From Staphylococcus phage vB_StaM_PB50: DNA of 64,000 nucleotides. Positions 1 through 10,404 of this stretch are shown piece after piece. The stretch is taken from sequence record OR770614.1; one strand, given 5' to 3'. Position numbers and translations under genes: made by a program. Numbering within the stretch: the stretch's first letter is position 1; every line of letters begins with the position of its first letter. The notes beneath the pieces are model-generated. The model was given only the letters and a program-made list of their open reading frames with translations, ran no database searches and was not told the origin of the DNA.

Positions 1-776
1 ATGAAATAGTACTGTATTTCTCTAAATAATACATTATTATCTTCAAATGTTTCTCTTAATACATTAATAAGATTATTATCAAATCTAACATCAGTAATTG
101 ATTGTTCTACTAACATTTTATCAATTTGATAATTATTCAATTCAGATTCTTCATCTAAAATTATAGTTTCAATAATATCTTCATTATCTCCAATATAAAT
201 TCCTTCAATAATATCTGGAATAGAATAAATCATAGCTGTGTATTCGTTATCAATAGTTTTCTTTAAATTGTTATACGATAATGAAGTATTAATATCATCA
301 TTTAAATTATCTTCATAAGTTTTAGATAAATGCACAATATTTCTTTCAATATAATTAATAAATAGATTATTAATCATTTCTTTTTTATTTAATACAAAGA
401 AATAGTATAATGATTTAATATACTGAGCTTTATCTTCAACTAAAATATCTTCTGAGAACTCAATAGATAATTGATAAGTATCTTGAATTGATTCTAATAT
501 TTCATTTAAAATATCATTATAAACTTCTTTAGTTCTATTTAAAATATCATTATCTTCTTTATATCTTTCTAATACAAAATTAAATCGGATTTCAAAGTAT
601 TCAAAGAAATTCTTATGATGTTGATCAGTATAAAATTGCTTTGTATTAGATTCATGAATTTGATCTTTAATATTATCCACCATAATATCTTCAGAAATAT
701 TCATAATAATTTCATCGTATTCTTCTTTAACCATTTCTAAATCATCTTTGTCATCAATTAAGTATGTCTTAGTCAA
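1..776 (-). CDS. hypothetical protein, partial (C-terminus beyond window start)
   Basis: Minus-strand frame open from TTG 774-776 (GGAAGTG RBS-like upstream) or ATG 734-736 through position 1; absent from ORF track because no stop in window. Confidence 0.4.
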   Translation of the reverse strand, partial: MTKTYLIDDKDDLEMVKEEYDEIIMNISEDIMVDNIKDQIHESNTKQFYTDQHHKNFFEYFEIRFNFVLERYKEDNDILNRTKEVYNDILNEILESIQDTYQLSIEFSEDILVEDKAQYIKSLYYFFVLNKKEMINNLFINYIERNIVHLSKTYEDNLNDDINTSLSYNNLKKTIDNEYTAMIYSIPDIIEGIYIGDNEDIIETIILDEESELNNYQIDKMLVEQSITDVRFDNNLINVLRETFEDNNVLFREIQYYF

Positions 777-957
777 AATTTTCACTTCCCATTTATCTTT
801 TTATTTTTATATAATATATTATTCTGACGAATAACTAAAATTTTCTTTTATCTTTTCTAAAATCAACTCTACTATACAACTTAGTTAATAACATTTTATA
901 AAAATTTCCAATAAAATAGAGTAATGACGAAGTTAATCATCATTACTCTTATATATT

Positions 958-2268
958 TTATTTGAATAAATCCATAATACGTTTATTATTGTTATCTATT
1001 GGTTTTTGTTGTTGACCAAATATAGAATTACTCATATCATTTCCTTCAATAACACTATTGATACGTTTAATTGAAGCAATATCTTTTCTTCTAGCTTCCT
1101 GTTCTTTTTTCATTCCTTCTGCATTTTCACTGTTAGGTGAGAGTTTAGAACCATATTTAACTTTTACAAATTTATTAATATCCTTTTCATAATAATATGC
1201 ATATAAACAGAATAAATAAGACATCATTAAGTCGTCATGGCCACCTGGTGGATGGTCAATACGTCCTTTAATCATTTGTAACGATTTAATTTCTTGGAAA
1301 AGTGGTTTATTATTAATTAAATGTGGTTTTTCTTCAACAAGCATAGATAATATTTCATTTAACATTATATCACGAGATTTTTTAGTTGTATCAATACCAT
1401 ATCTACGAGTTTCTTTTTTAACTTTTTCAGTTTTACTATATCTAGACATTTCATTAAATAAACTTTTATTTTCTACTTGCTTTTCAGCTACACGAGTTTT
1501 AAGCGTATAGAATAAATTAGATTCTAAACCATCATAAGTTATCATATGATCAATTACTGTTAAACCTGCATAGTTACGTTCAGGTATTAATATAGCGTTA
1601 GGTATATAGAAACCAACCAATTCTTTAATTAATTTTCTGAATGTAGGTCCATTAATTACATTATTTTTAAAAGTCATTACTGGTTCCAAAGTAGCTGGAT
1701 CCACTACAGTAAACGCTGTATTATCTCGTCCTAAACCACCAGACATATCAATACCAATAAGCCAATTTTTCTCTGTAATATTATCCATATATTTAATCAT
1801 ATTTACATAATAAGTTCTACCATCAATATTAAATTCAAGAGTATTATATATTTCTTTATTAGCATACATAGATATTTCAGTCATTTGTTCTTCAGAGAAT
1901 AATGAATCATCAGAACTATAAGCCCATTCCAATAATATCTCACGTTTAACTGCTTCTAAAGAACCAATTTGTCTTTTTTGTTTTTCTAACCAATCTTCAT
2001 CTTTACCTAATTCTTTATATGAATATTCTATATACATGAATTCATTATTTGAATTATCTTCCATGTATTTTTCTAATTTAGAATTTCCTTCTTCTTCACT
2101 ATCAATAAAATAATCATATATTTTTTCATTCCATTGAGCTGCTTCATTCATTTGTTGAAAGAAAAATTGCCCTTGAGATGTGTCGAGAGTTGAAGGGGTT
2201 GTGGTGATAAGGAGTCCATAGGGAGAACCGTTTTCTTTTGCAATTCTAGAAGCTGTACTTATTGCTGG
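958..2268 (-). CDS. terL: terminase large subunit, 3' exon (ATPase motif III + nuclease domain)
   Basis: ORF 958-2151; frame stays open upstream to 2268 encoding ...NGSPYGLLITTTPSTLD (T4 gp17 IIITTTPNG-like motif III); body has DxSGGxGxDxTA nuclease-domain pattern. Confidence 0.7.
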   Translation of the reverse strand, partial: PAISTASRIAKENGSPYGLLITTTPSTLDTSQGQFFFQQMNEAAQWNEKIYDYFIDSEEEGNSKLEKYMEDNSNNEFMYIEYSYKELGKDEDWLEKQKRQIGSLEAVKREILLEWAYSSDDSLFSEEQMTEISMYANKEIYNTLEFNIDGRTYYVNMIKYMDNITEKNWLIGIDMSGGLGRDNTAFTVVDPATLEPVMTFKNNVINGPTFRKLIKELVGFYIPNAILIPERNYAGLTVIDHMITYDGLESNLFYTLKTRVAEKQVENKSLFNEMSRYSKTEKVKKETRRYGIDTTKKSRDIMLNEILSMLVEEKPHLINNKPLFQEIKSLQMIKGRIDHPPGGHDDLMMSYLFCLYAYYYEKDINKFVKVKYGSKLSPNSENAEGMKKEQEARRKDIASIKRINSVIEGNDMSNSIFGQQQKPIDNNNKRIMDLFK

Positions 2269-2417
2269 TCATTTATGTTAGCTGCATGGATTATCATGCA
2301 GATCAGACTATATCATAATCTTTTTAAGATTTAATAAATTTAGTCGTTGAACATTATTTAATGATGCTGATTGGTTTTTAAACTTTTCAGCAGTTAATAT
2401 TATTCATCATCTATATT
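2269..2417 (-). mobile_element. group I intron (ORF-less ribozyme core) in terL
   Basis: Minus-strand P/Q/R/S elements TTAACTGCTGAAAAG, AATCAGCATC, GTTCAACGACTAAAT, AAGAT-TATGATATAGTCTG plus P9-like hairpin CTGCATGATAATCCATGCAG; boundaries approximate. Confidence 0.55.
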
Positions 2418-2500
2418 TCTATAAAGATGGAGCCTTTTTACTCATTGCTTCAAACATTACTTGATTATGTGGTATAAACGCCCACTCATCAAGCCAAACC
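2418..2500 (-). CDS. terL: terminase large subunit, internal mini-exon (Walker B)
   Basis: Short coding island between ribozyme cores translating PMVWLDEWAFIPHNQVMFEAMSKKAPSL, matching T4 gp17 MIYIEDCAFIPNF Walker B region; boundaries approximate. Confidence 0.5.
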
Positions 2501-3885
2501 ATAGGTCATTTACGTTAAACTGCATGGATTATCATGCAGATCAGACTATATCATAATTTTAATAATTTTTTCATAGGGATAATTAATTCTTCATTTATTC
2601 TATTCTGATAAGGGAGACGTATCATATTTATTCCTTTACTTCTTATAAATTTATCTTTTTCATTATCTAATTTTTTTATATCTTCAAGAGTTCTTGTGCG
2701 TTTATTTCTTTTATCATTAATAAAAGTTCCATAACCTTTTATATGTCCTTTTCCATCTACTTCAACTACAGTATTTATTTTTTTAAAATAAAAATCAAAT
2801 CTAAAACTAGATCCTTCAAAAGTAACTTCATTCTCATATTCTATATTATTCTCTTGAAGAAATTCAATAATGGCAATTTCTCCTATACTTTTAGAGCATA
2901 CACTACATCTTTTTCTTTTAAGTATATCATCTGGTCTTGTTTTAAATTTGTGTCCACAATCATTACTCTTCAAATAGATATAATCTTTGCTTCTAGTATA
3001 TTCAGTTAACACATTAAATTTATTATATCCAAATATCATATCTAATTCACCTTGAAACTCTTCTGTTGTCTTTTTAGATAATTCTTGACTATCTAATATG
3101 ATATAATTTTCATCATTTATACATCTATTACAGTTTACTGAATTATACTTCTTTCTTTTATCCATTAGAGTAGAAGGCTTTGCAAAATATCTTATATTTC
3201 CACATTTTCCACAACGGAATCTACACTTTTTATTCATTCCATTGAATCCTTCAATATAAGTATAATTAAATCCGAACTTATCTTTTAATTCTATTAAAAA
3301 AGTTTCTTTACCTTTAGAATTCTTGGGTTTTTCTGAATATCTACAATCTTTTCTATTACAGAATTTTCTCTTTAATCTTAATTTTTCAGTAGGTAAGAAA
3401 AAATCTCTATCACATATATTACAATGACATTTAATTGGTTCTTTAGAATTTTTATACTCTCCCAGTATTTCAAATTTATCTCCATTAATATCTTTTATTT
3501 CTTTAAAAGTTTTATTTCTCTGTTCTATGAATTTTTCTTTACTTTTAACACCTTTAGGCATTTTATCCCTCCGTTATCGTACTGATAAAAGAATGTTAAC
3601 AGTAAAAATTATTAAAATTGATTTTATTTAGTCGTTGAACACTAATTAAAGTGATGCTGATTAACTTCATTATTAGTCTTCCAGCAATTAAAAATCTTTA
3701 TGCACTGCATCTACATACGGTGCTACCTCTTCCTGCTTTGTTTGCCGTAATACATTGTATGATATTCATACACACTAGACTATATCTTATAATATTAATT
3801 ATCTCTATATTTAGTCGTTGAACAATCAATTTGATTGATGCTGATTGGTTTAGTATCTTTTTCAGCAGTTAATAGAGTTTAATGA
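2501..3885 (-). mobile_element. group I intron(s) in terL with two ribozyme core copies and a homing endonuclease ORF
   Basis: Core copy A (P,Q,R,S at ~3870-3775) then copy B (P,Q,R at ~3700-3620), ORF 3561-2551, then S element TATGATATAGTCTG and hairpin at ~2545-2505; either tandem introns or a twintron. Confidence 0.5.
2551..3561 (-). CDS. intron-encoded homing endonuclease, Cys-rich Zn-ribbon repeats + Vsr/DUF559-like PD-(D/E)xK domain
   Basis: 336 aa; repeated C..C...C..C/H modules; C-terminus TVVEVDGKGH...D..R...G..MIRLPY resembles EDxHD/Vsr-like nuclease (I-Bth0305I type); located inside intron. Confidence 0.5.
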   Translation of the reverse strand: MPKGVKSKEKFIEQRNKTFKEIKDINGDKFEILGEYKNSKEPIKCHCNICDRDFFLPTEKLRLKRKFCNRKDCRYSEKPKNSKGKETFLIELKDKFGFNYTYIEGFNGMNKKCRFRCGKCGNIRYFAKPSTLMDKRKKYNSVNCNRCINDENYIILDSQELSKKTTEEFQGELDMIFGYNKFNVLTEYTRSKDYIYLKSNDCGHKFKTRPDDILKRKRCSVCSKSIGEIAIIEFLQENNIEYENEVTFEGSSFRFDFYFKKINTVVEVDGKGHIKGYGTFINDKRNKRTRTLEDIKKLDNEKDKFIRSKGINMIRLPYQNRINEELIIPMKKLLKL

Positions 3886-4531
3886 GAGCACGTATTTTAC
3901 TCTCAGCATTTGTTGGAGGTGATACTGTTTTTATTGTGTTGTTATTACTTGCTAAAGAAAATTCATTAATTTTGTCTCTATCATTTTTATCACCAAAGTT
4001 AGCTAATACATAATCCGGTAAACATTTCTCTTTGAATAGATTTTTTAATCGTTTAAGGTTTTCAGTAGTGTCCGAGTACGATTTATGTGTAAATAACATT
4101 GTATAGTTATTACCTACCAATAACATAATCCATGAATAATAACATACTGCAGAATATGTTTTATAGTGCTGACGAGGTAACATTATTGCAGTATCTAAAT
4201 TATGCAACATACAAAAAGTCATAGCTAAATTACCTCTATGAAGTTCATACATTACTTTTCCACCCGGAACCGGAACTCTGATAACTTCTCTTAAATAAAA
4301 CCATATATTAAGTTTAGCTTCCCTAATAACACGTGTTTTCATTTCATTATCTAGATCTTCATCCCAAGGATCAACACCAATTAATTTCTTATCATATAGA
4401 GTTAATGGCAATCCATAATTTTGTATATTATTATCTTTAAGTTCTTTAGCAACTTTTAAAAAGCTTACATTATTAGTTTTATAATCGTAATAAATTTTTT
4501 TCTTTAATTTTGTTATAGCCATAGTCTTCAT
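3886..4531 (-). CDS. terL: terminase large subunit, 5' exon (Walker A ATPase region)
   Basis: ORF 3869-4531; LPRQHYKTYS Walker-A-like and alignment to T4 gp17 suggests exon ends near ...AESKIR (~3886), last ORF residues being intronic. Confidence 0.65.
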
Positions 4532-4545
4532 TCACTTCTTTCTTA

Positions 4546-5715
4546 CTATCTTGTCTTAGTATTAAGCCTATTAGAATATTTTATTATTCTTTGAATTTCA
4601 TCTAATTGTTTCTTGAGTTCTTTTTTAACTTCATTAGAATTATTATTGTTACTAATTTCAAATTTTAATGTCTTAATAACTGCATCAATTGAATCTGTTG
4701 GATAATCTTTATAACTTTTAATAAAACCACTCATAGGATATAAAAGTCCTCTCATAGCTTTAGCTATTAAGTTATTAGGTCTTTTTTCAGATTTCATTCT
4801 AAATGCTTTATACACTAAATCATAAAATTTAACCATTTCTACAGAATATCCATAAAGAGCAGGTAATTGGTTGGCAGATCTTTCTGAAAGATTATAATCC
4901 ATAGTAGTTTTTCTATTGAAACTTGCACTTGTTAGTAACATTCCTGTTCCCATAAATGAACCCATTGATATGCTAGCACCTATAAATACAGCAGTTAAAC
5001 ACATTACTAATGTTGACATTGCAAGAATCATAGGAGCCGCTAATACTCTATTTCTTCTAGTGTCAGCTTCTATTTCTTTAGTGTACTTAAACTGTACTGG
5101 TTTATTATCTTTATATTTGAGTTCGAATGTAGGAGTTTTACCACCAGAGAGTACATTAATTTCTACAGGGAAAAATAAATTATGACCTATTTCATGTAAT
5201 AATAAAAAAGTATACATTCTACCATTAAGAGTAGTAAATTCTTTTTGACCTGATTCTTTCTTTTCTATAAAATATCTCAATGAAGATAATTCAATATTCA
5301 CTTCAATTTCTCTAGGTTTAGAATAGTAAATACCATTCTTTTCTTCAATAACAATTTTAGTGATTCCATCTGTAATATTTCTAATTTCTTCAGGTTTAAT
5401 TAATGTGTGTGCTACTGAACCTACCCTAAATTTATCTCTTCCACGCTTATCCGCTTCAATAAATTTTAATTTCATATTAGTGTTAAATAATTTCTTAGCA
5501 ATATCTGATATTCTTTTTGCAATATCATTGTATTCATTCTTATTAATTACATCAAAATCAGATTTTTCAAAATTATACTTACTAATTAATGAATCAAATT
5601 CATCATCTATCTCTCTTAGTAATGAAGTATTTTTACCAAAGTTAAATGCATCTTCATTGATGTTCATTATTTTATTTATTTTATTTAATTGTATTTCTTC
5701 TTTTAAAGATACCAT
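4546..5715 (-). CDS. membrane HExxH zinc metallopeptidase-like protein (M48/M56-like), paralog A
   Basis: 389 aa; LLHEIGHNLFFP then EIEAD motif then two hydrophobic helices; paralogous to next gene. Confidence 0.45.
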   Translation of the reverse strand: MVSLKEEIQLNKINKIMNINEDAFNFGKNTSLLREIDDEFDSLISKYNFEKSDFDVINKNEYNDIAKRISDIAKKLFNTNMKLKFIEADKRGRDKFRVGSVAHTLIKPEEIRNITDGITKIVIEEKNGIYYSKPREIEVNIELSSLRYFIEKKESGQKEFTTLNGRMYTFLLLHEIGHNLFFPVEINVLSGGKTPTFELKYKDNKPVQFKYTKEIEADTRRNRVLAAPMILAMSTLVMCLTAVFIGASISMGSFMGTGMLLTSASFNRKTTMDYNLSERSANQLPALYGYSVEMVKFYDLVYKAFRMKSEKRPNNLIAKAMRGLLYPMSGFIKSYKDYPTDSIDAVIKTLKFEISNNNNSNEVKKELKKQLDEIQRIIKYSNRLNTKTR

Positions 5716-5730
5716 ATAATTTTCCTTTCT

Positions 5731-6846
5731 TTATATATCAGGATTGAAATTATCGGACAATTTCACTAATAATTTTATGTCATTTATAGTTTTTTTAATT
5801 TCTTTTTTGGTTTCGTTATCATTATTGTTATTACTTAATTCTTTTTCTAATATTCTTATATCACTTTCAACTATATCAGTTTCCCAATCTTTATAATCTC
5901 TTATAAAAAGCTTAATAGGATATAATATTTTATTTTTAATAGCATTAAACTTATTGTTCTTATAAGTAGGAGGTTTAAAACCATGAATTTTATCTATTTC
6001 TCTTACAATTATGGTTGTTTTAACTAATTCTCTAGAATATCCATAGAGTGTAGGTAAATAATCTGCAGTTCTCTCAACTAAATTATAATCTTTCTTGTCT
6101 TTATTATTTTTTACACTTCTATTTAAAAAGACAGAAGAAACTAATCCGGTTCCAATACCTATTGGAGCATTTACAATACTTAAAGATAAAAAGAAAATTG
6201 TCATCGCAGATACCATAGGAATTGCATACTTTTTATTTCTTCTTTCATCATCCTCAATATCTTTAGAATAAGAAAATATTTGAGGTGGGTTATTTTTATA
6301 TTTTAATTCAAATTTAGGAGTTTCTCCTTTATTTAATACATTCAATTCTAAAGGTAAGATTAAATTATGACCTATTTCATGTAATAAGACAGATGTTAAT
6401 AAACTACCATCAAATAAATTTTCAATTTTATTATTACTTTTTCTCAATAAAATACAGTATCTTATAAAATTCAATTCCATTTCAACTTTTATTTCAGTAG
6501 GTTTAGCATAATATATTCCATTTTTTTCTTCTGAAACTATTTTCAATAGACCTAAAGCTATATCTTTAGCTTGCTTTTCATTCCATTTAGTTTGTCCTAT
6601 AAAATTAGATGAATAAAACATTACATCATCTAAATCTAAGAAACTAAATTTTAATTTAGTGTTAAATAACTTATTACATAAATTCTCAATTTCTTTTTCT
6701 TTTTTGGTAAAATTAAAATTGACAAATTCTTCTTTATCTAAATCATATGAATCTATTAATTCATTAAATATTTTGTCAACATCTTTTAATGTATTTTTGT
6801 TTCTGCTATTTATAAACATGTCTTCTTTTAATAATATTTTAGTCAC
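5731..6846 (-). CDS. membrane HExxH zinc metallopeptidase-like protein, paralog B
   Basis: 371 aa; GTG start with AAAGTAGGTG RBS; LLHEIGHNLILP motif, DIEDD in place of EIEAD, hydrophobic helices. Confidence 0.4.
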   Translation of the reverse strand: MTKILLKEDMFINSRNKNTLKDVDKIFNELIDSYDLDKEEFVNFNFTKKEKEIENLCNKLFNTKLKFSFLDLDDVMFYSSNFIGQTKWNEKQAKDIALGLLKIVSEEKNGIYYAKPTEIKVEMELNFIRYCILLRKSNNKIENLFDGSLLTSVLLHEIGHNLILPLELNVLNKGETPKFELKYKNNPPQIFSYSKDIEDDERRNKKYAIPMVSAMTIFFLSLSIVNAPIGIGTGLVSSVFLNRSVKNNKDKKDYNLVERTADYLPTLYGYSRELVKTTIIVREIDKIHGFKPPTYKNNKFNAIKNKILYPIKLFIRDYKDWETDIVESDIRILEKELSNNNNDNETKKEIKKTINDIKLLVKLSDNFNPDI

Positions 6847-6850
6847 CTAC

Positions 6851-6892
6851 TTTTTATAAAATAAACCCATACACCTCAGAGAGATGTATGGG
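6851..6892 (-). terminator. rho-independent terminator after capsid-candidate gene
   Basis: CCCATAC...GTATGGG 7-bp stem followed on minus strand by TTTATTTTAT. Confidence 0.5.
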
Positions 6893-6920
6893 TATATAAA
6901 TAACAAAAGTAAAGTTACTC

Positions 6921-8516
6921 TTAACGAGCGTATACTGAACCGTTGTTGTTTTTGATTGTAATACGACCAATGATCGGAACAAATGATTCAACTGTATATC
7001 TACGAGTCATCATCATGTTAGGAACATTAGGGTTACGAGTATTCAAGTATCCTCCACCATTTACAACGTTGAATGTGTAAGGGTAGAACATGAATGTTTT
7101 ATAGTTGTCTTGTTGAGGAATTGCAATAATAGTCAATTCACCTTGACGAACTAAGTCAGAACCGATAATACGGTAGTTAGCAGTACCTGAAGCAGCACCT
7201 AATGAATAGTTAATTTTGATTCCGTTAGAGTAAGAATCTTCAGTACCACCATTAAATGTCCAAGAAACGTTAGGGATTAAACGAACGTCAACTGGGTTAC
7301 CTACGATAACAAATTGTACATCGTAAAGTTTGTAATCATTTTTCATTGATTGTGTAGTATGGTCAATTACTTCACGTAGACCTTCTAACCAATCTTTAGG
7401 GTGAGCACTGTAATCACTATGTGGATAAACATCGAAGCTGAAGTGATATTTAGCATCAGTTTCTTCGTATTCGTGATCTAAGAATTCAATGATATCTAAG
7501 TCAACTTTTTGACTAGATAATTGAGACATTGTTTCAGATAAACGAGCAACTCCATCGATATCATAAGTAGCTTTCATATCTTGAATTACTTCAAGAGGTA
7601 CTGTAGCCTCGATGTGTTGAGCTGTATCGATAGTGATATCTTTACGATCTAATCCAAGCTCAATGTTAGTAGCTGAAGTATGTTGTTCAGAAGCTACATA
7701 ACCTTTAATTTTAATTGCTTCTAATTTACCAGAAGTTGAAGCTAAAGCTAAAGTACCGTTAGAAACATCAACTTTACCTAATACTGTATCAACAGCAACT
7801 TCACCGTCACCATTTGTAGGGTATTTAACTTCTGCCATTAGAGAGTCATTTTCCATTTTAATAACTTGAGAACCTAATTCAACAAATCCTTTTTCGTTTG
7901 TACGTACATCAAAAGAATCGCTCCATTTAGCTTCTACAACTTTGAATTTACGGTCAACACGATCAATGCCTTTACGAACTTCTTTACCTTCTTTTAAGCC
8001 ATCGAATAAATCGTAAGCTTCAACTTTACCACCAGAAATTGTAACTTCTTCTTTAAGAGGAACTAATCCTACTAAAGTTTCAGGTGTGTTATTAATTGAT
8101 TCAGGTAATGCATGTTTGTTTCCATCAGCATCTACAACGTAAGGTGTTAAGATTGGCACTGTGAATTGTGGTTTATTAGCAACTTGAGTTGGTAAAGCTT
8201 CAGTTAAAGCTAAACGAGCCCAAAGTTTAACTAAGATAGGCATAGATAATGAAGCATAAGGTTGGATAGGTCCCATTGAAGACTCTAATAAGATTTCTTC
8301 ACGAGTATTATCTAACATACTTTCTAAAGAAAGCTGCTCCTCTTCATCAAAACCTTCTAATAATTGATCTTTATAACTTTCAAATACTACGTCATCAGTA
8401 GCAATTGAAGCGAAGTCATTACCAACTGTACTTAATTTGTACTGTTCGTTGATATTTTGTTCGATATCCTCTAAGAGTTTAGAGAATTCATCTTTAATTC
8501 TATTTGCACTCAACAT
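6921..8516 (-). CDS. major capsid protein candidate (T4 gp23-like fold)
   Basis: 531 aa; segment SMPILVKLWARLALTEALPTQVANKPQFTVPI resembles gp23-family IPNLIAFDICGVQPM region; sits after acidic scaffold-like gene; own promoter and terminator. Confidence 0.45.
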   Translation of the reverse strand: MLSANRIKDEFSKLLEDIEQNINEQYKLSTVGNDFASIATDDVVFESYKDQLLEGFDEEEQLSLESMLDNTREEILLESSMGPIQPYASLSMPILVKLWARLALTEALPTQVANKPQFTVPILTPYVVDADGNKHALPESINNTPETLVGLVPLKEEVTISGGKVEAYDLFDGLKEGKEVRKGIDRVDRKFKVVEAKWSDSFDVRTNEKGFVELGSQVIKMENDSLMAEVKYPTNGDGEVAVDTVLGKVDVSNGTLALASTSGKLEAIKIKGYVASEQHTSATNIELGLDRKDITIDTAQHIEATVPLEVIQDMKATYDIDGVARLSETMSQLSSQKVDLDIIEFLDHEYEETDAKYHFSFDVYPHSDYSAHPKDWLEGLREVIDHTTQSMKNDYKLYDVQFVIVGNPVDVRLIPNVSWTFNGGTEDSYSNGIKINYSLGAASGTANYRIIGSDLVRQGELTIIAIPQQDNYKTFMFYPYTFNVVNGGGYLNTRNPNVPNMMMTRRYTVESFVPIIGRITIKNNNGSVYAR

Positions 8517-8576
8517 AATTTTTTCTGCTCCTTTTCAAATATATTAGCGTGTAGTTTTATATTATTAATTTTATTA

Positions 8577-8588
8577 TATAAATTTGTT
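8577..8588 (-). promoter_or_regulatory. AACA-N6-TA late-promoter-like motif upstream of capsid candidate
   Basis: Minus strand AACAAATTTATA ~60 nt upstream of ATG 8516. Confidence 0.35.
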
Positions 8589-8700
8589 AAGAAATAAAAT
8601 AACCATTATATTCAAGGGTATTTTTACTTTCATATGTTATTGTTATTAAATTTAAAAAGAATAATAAAACTATTATTAAAAGTAATTAAATTCATTTATT

Positions 8701-9390
8701 TTACTTTTTACTACGCTTTTTTGTACTTTCTAACTTATTGTATTCTTTTAAATAATTGTCAAATATTTCTTTGTAAGTATTTTCAAATTTTTTATATAAC
8801 TTCTCAGATTTATCTACATCGACAATATTTATAAATTTATTGTTAAATAAATTTATATTATCTTTAAGTTGATCAAGAGATTTTGTAGTTAATTCAGTTA
8901 TATCAAACATATCTTTTCTCTCTGAATCTGAAAAATTATCCATATTTCTATCATTGATAATGTAATTAAATTTGTCCATTACATCTTTTAATTCAATTAA
9001 TTTATTAAATATTTGTAATTTTAAAAACTTATCTGAATTACTTTCTTTGGGTTCTTCAGGTGTTTCTTCTGGAGTTTCTTCAGGTGTTTCTTCTGGATTA
9101 TCTGTGTCAGTTTCTTCAGCTTCAGGTTGTTCAGGATCACTATCTAATTCATCTTCATTTTCTTCTTGATCTTCTGTAGAATCATCACTAGAATCATCAT
9201 TAGAATTATCTTCTTCAGTTTCTTCGTTATTCTCTTCTTCTGATGAAGTTGATTCAGTATCATCTAATGAATTCTGATCTTGATTATCTTCATCACCTTC
9301 AGCTTCATTAAGAATATTTTGTTTCATTAGTTTATTTATTGATTCAGTTAGTAAATCTCTATTAATATCCATAGTCATTACCACTGTCAT
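8701..9390 (-). CDS. highly acidic protein, scaffold-like
   Basis: 229 aa, D/E/S-rich with EETPEETPEETPEE repeat; between coiled-coil protein and capsid candidate. Confidence 0.4.
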   Translation of the reverse strand: MTVVMTMDINRDLLTESINKLMKQNILNEAEGDEDNQDQNSLDDTESTSSEEENNEETEEDNSNDDSSDDSTEDQEENEDELDSDPEQPEAEETDTDNPEETPEETPEETPEEPKESNSDKFLKLQIFNKLIELKDVMDKFNYIINDRNMDNFSDSERKDMFDITELTTKSLDQLKDNINLFNNKFINIVDVDKSEKLYKKFENTYKEIFDNYLKEYNKLESTKKRSKK

Positions 9391-10399
9391 TTACATCTCC
9401 ACGAGAGATAGCATTTTTAGTTTTATCTATAGCTTTCTTTTGGAAATTTGCTTTTTTCAATTGACCTTCTAAGTCTGATTTTAATATTCTTAATTCTTTT
9501 CTCTTTTGTTCATTATCAGTTGAATCGATTTTATTTTCTAATGATTGAATTCTTTCTTCTAGTACAATAATTAATCTATTAAGTTCACTATTTTTAGTAC
9601 TATTATACACAATAGCAACCAATAATCCTAATAAAGCAGTTTTAGCTTTACCAATAACACCAGCACTTACTTCTAATCCAATACAGAAGATTATTGCTGT
9701 TAAAATAGCTCTTACAAAACGAATTCTATTTGCTTTAGCTAATTGTTTGTCATCCATATTTTTAGATGAAGCAGTAGCTTTCTTAACAGAACCAATTAAT
9801 TTATTTAAATTCTTTTCAGCAACTTTAGGTTCTTTAGAGGTTTCAAAGCTACTATCAAGACCATCAAGATAATCTTCATCATCGTCATCATCATAAGCTT
9901 CATTAAGATAATTCATACTACCTTCCATTAAGAAGTTAATAACAGCTTTTCTTTCTAATTTAGAACCAGCAGGACTTTCAGCTAAAGCTACAGTTAATTG
10001 TTTAAAATTAAATTCTACACTTTTATTTGAACTAAAATCTTCTTTATATAAACTATCAATATAACCATTATTAGGAATACGATTATTAATATAAAGTGTA
10101 TTATATCTATCTTTAAGAGTTTCTATTTTATGAAGAACCATATTTATTGCCATTTCAGATTGTTCATTTTCAATTTCGTATCTTTCTAATGAATCTTTAA
10201 TACCTACTAGATATTTTACAATTTTTCTAATTTGATCATTCGTAAAACTATCAATATTAGCATACTTCTCAATATCAACTAAATAATCATAAGCTTCATT
10301 AGGAAAAGAATTTTCATCCGTTTGTTCTTTAATATTAAGTAATATATCTTTTACTTCTTCAAAACTTTTCAAAGATTTTCCTCCTATCATATATTTCAT
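9362..10399 (-). CDS. hypothetical coiled-coil protein with one TM segment
   Basis: 345 aa ORF; hydrophobic ILTAIIFCIGLEVSAGVIGKAKTALLGLLVAIVY; late-promoter-like motif upstream. Confidence 0.4.
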   Translation of the reverse strand: MKYMIGGKSLKSFEEVKDILLNIKEQTDENSFPNEAYDYLVDIEKYANIDSFTNDQIRKIVKYLVGIKDSLERYEIENEQSEMAINMVLHKIETLKDRYNTLYINNRIPNNGYIDSLYKEDFSSNKSVEFNFKQLTVALAESPAGSKLERKAVINFLMEGSMNYLNEAYDDDDDEDYLDGLDSSFETSKEPKVAEKNLNKLIGSVKKATASSKNMDDKQLAKANRIRFVRAILTAIIFCIGLEVSAGVIGKAKTALLGLLVAIVYNSTKNSELNRLIIVLEERIQSLENKIDSTDNEQKRKELRILKSDLEGQLKKANFQKKAIDKTKNAISRGDVNDSGNDYGY

Positions 10400-10404
10400 T
10401 AATC

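Noticed and set aside
2743-6859. Plus-strand ORFs 2743-3009, 4916-5185, 5360-5719, 6659-6859 and similar small ORFs elsewhere opposite long genes
   Set aside because: Low-complexity Ile/Leu/Ser/Phe translations of the antisense strand of AT-rich genes; no RBSs; fully overlapped by better-supported genes.
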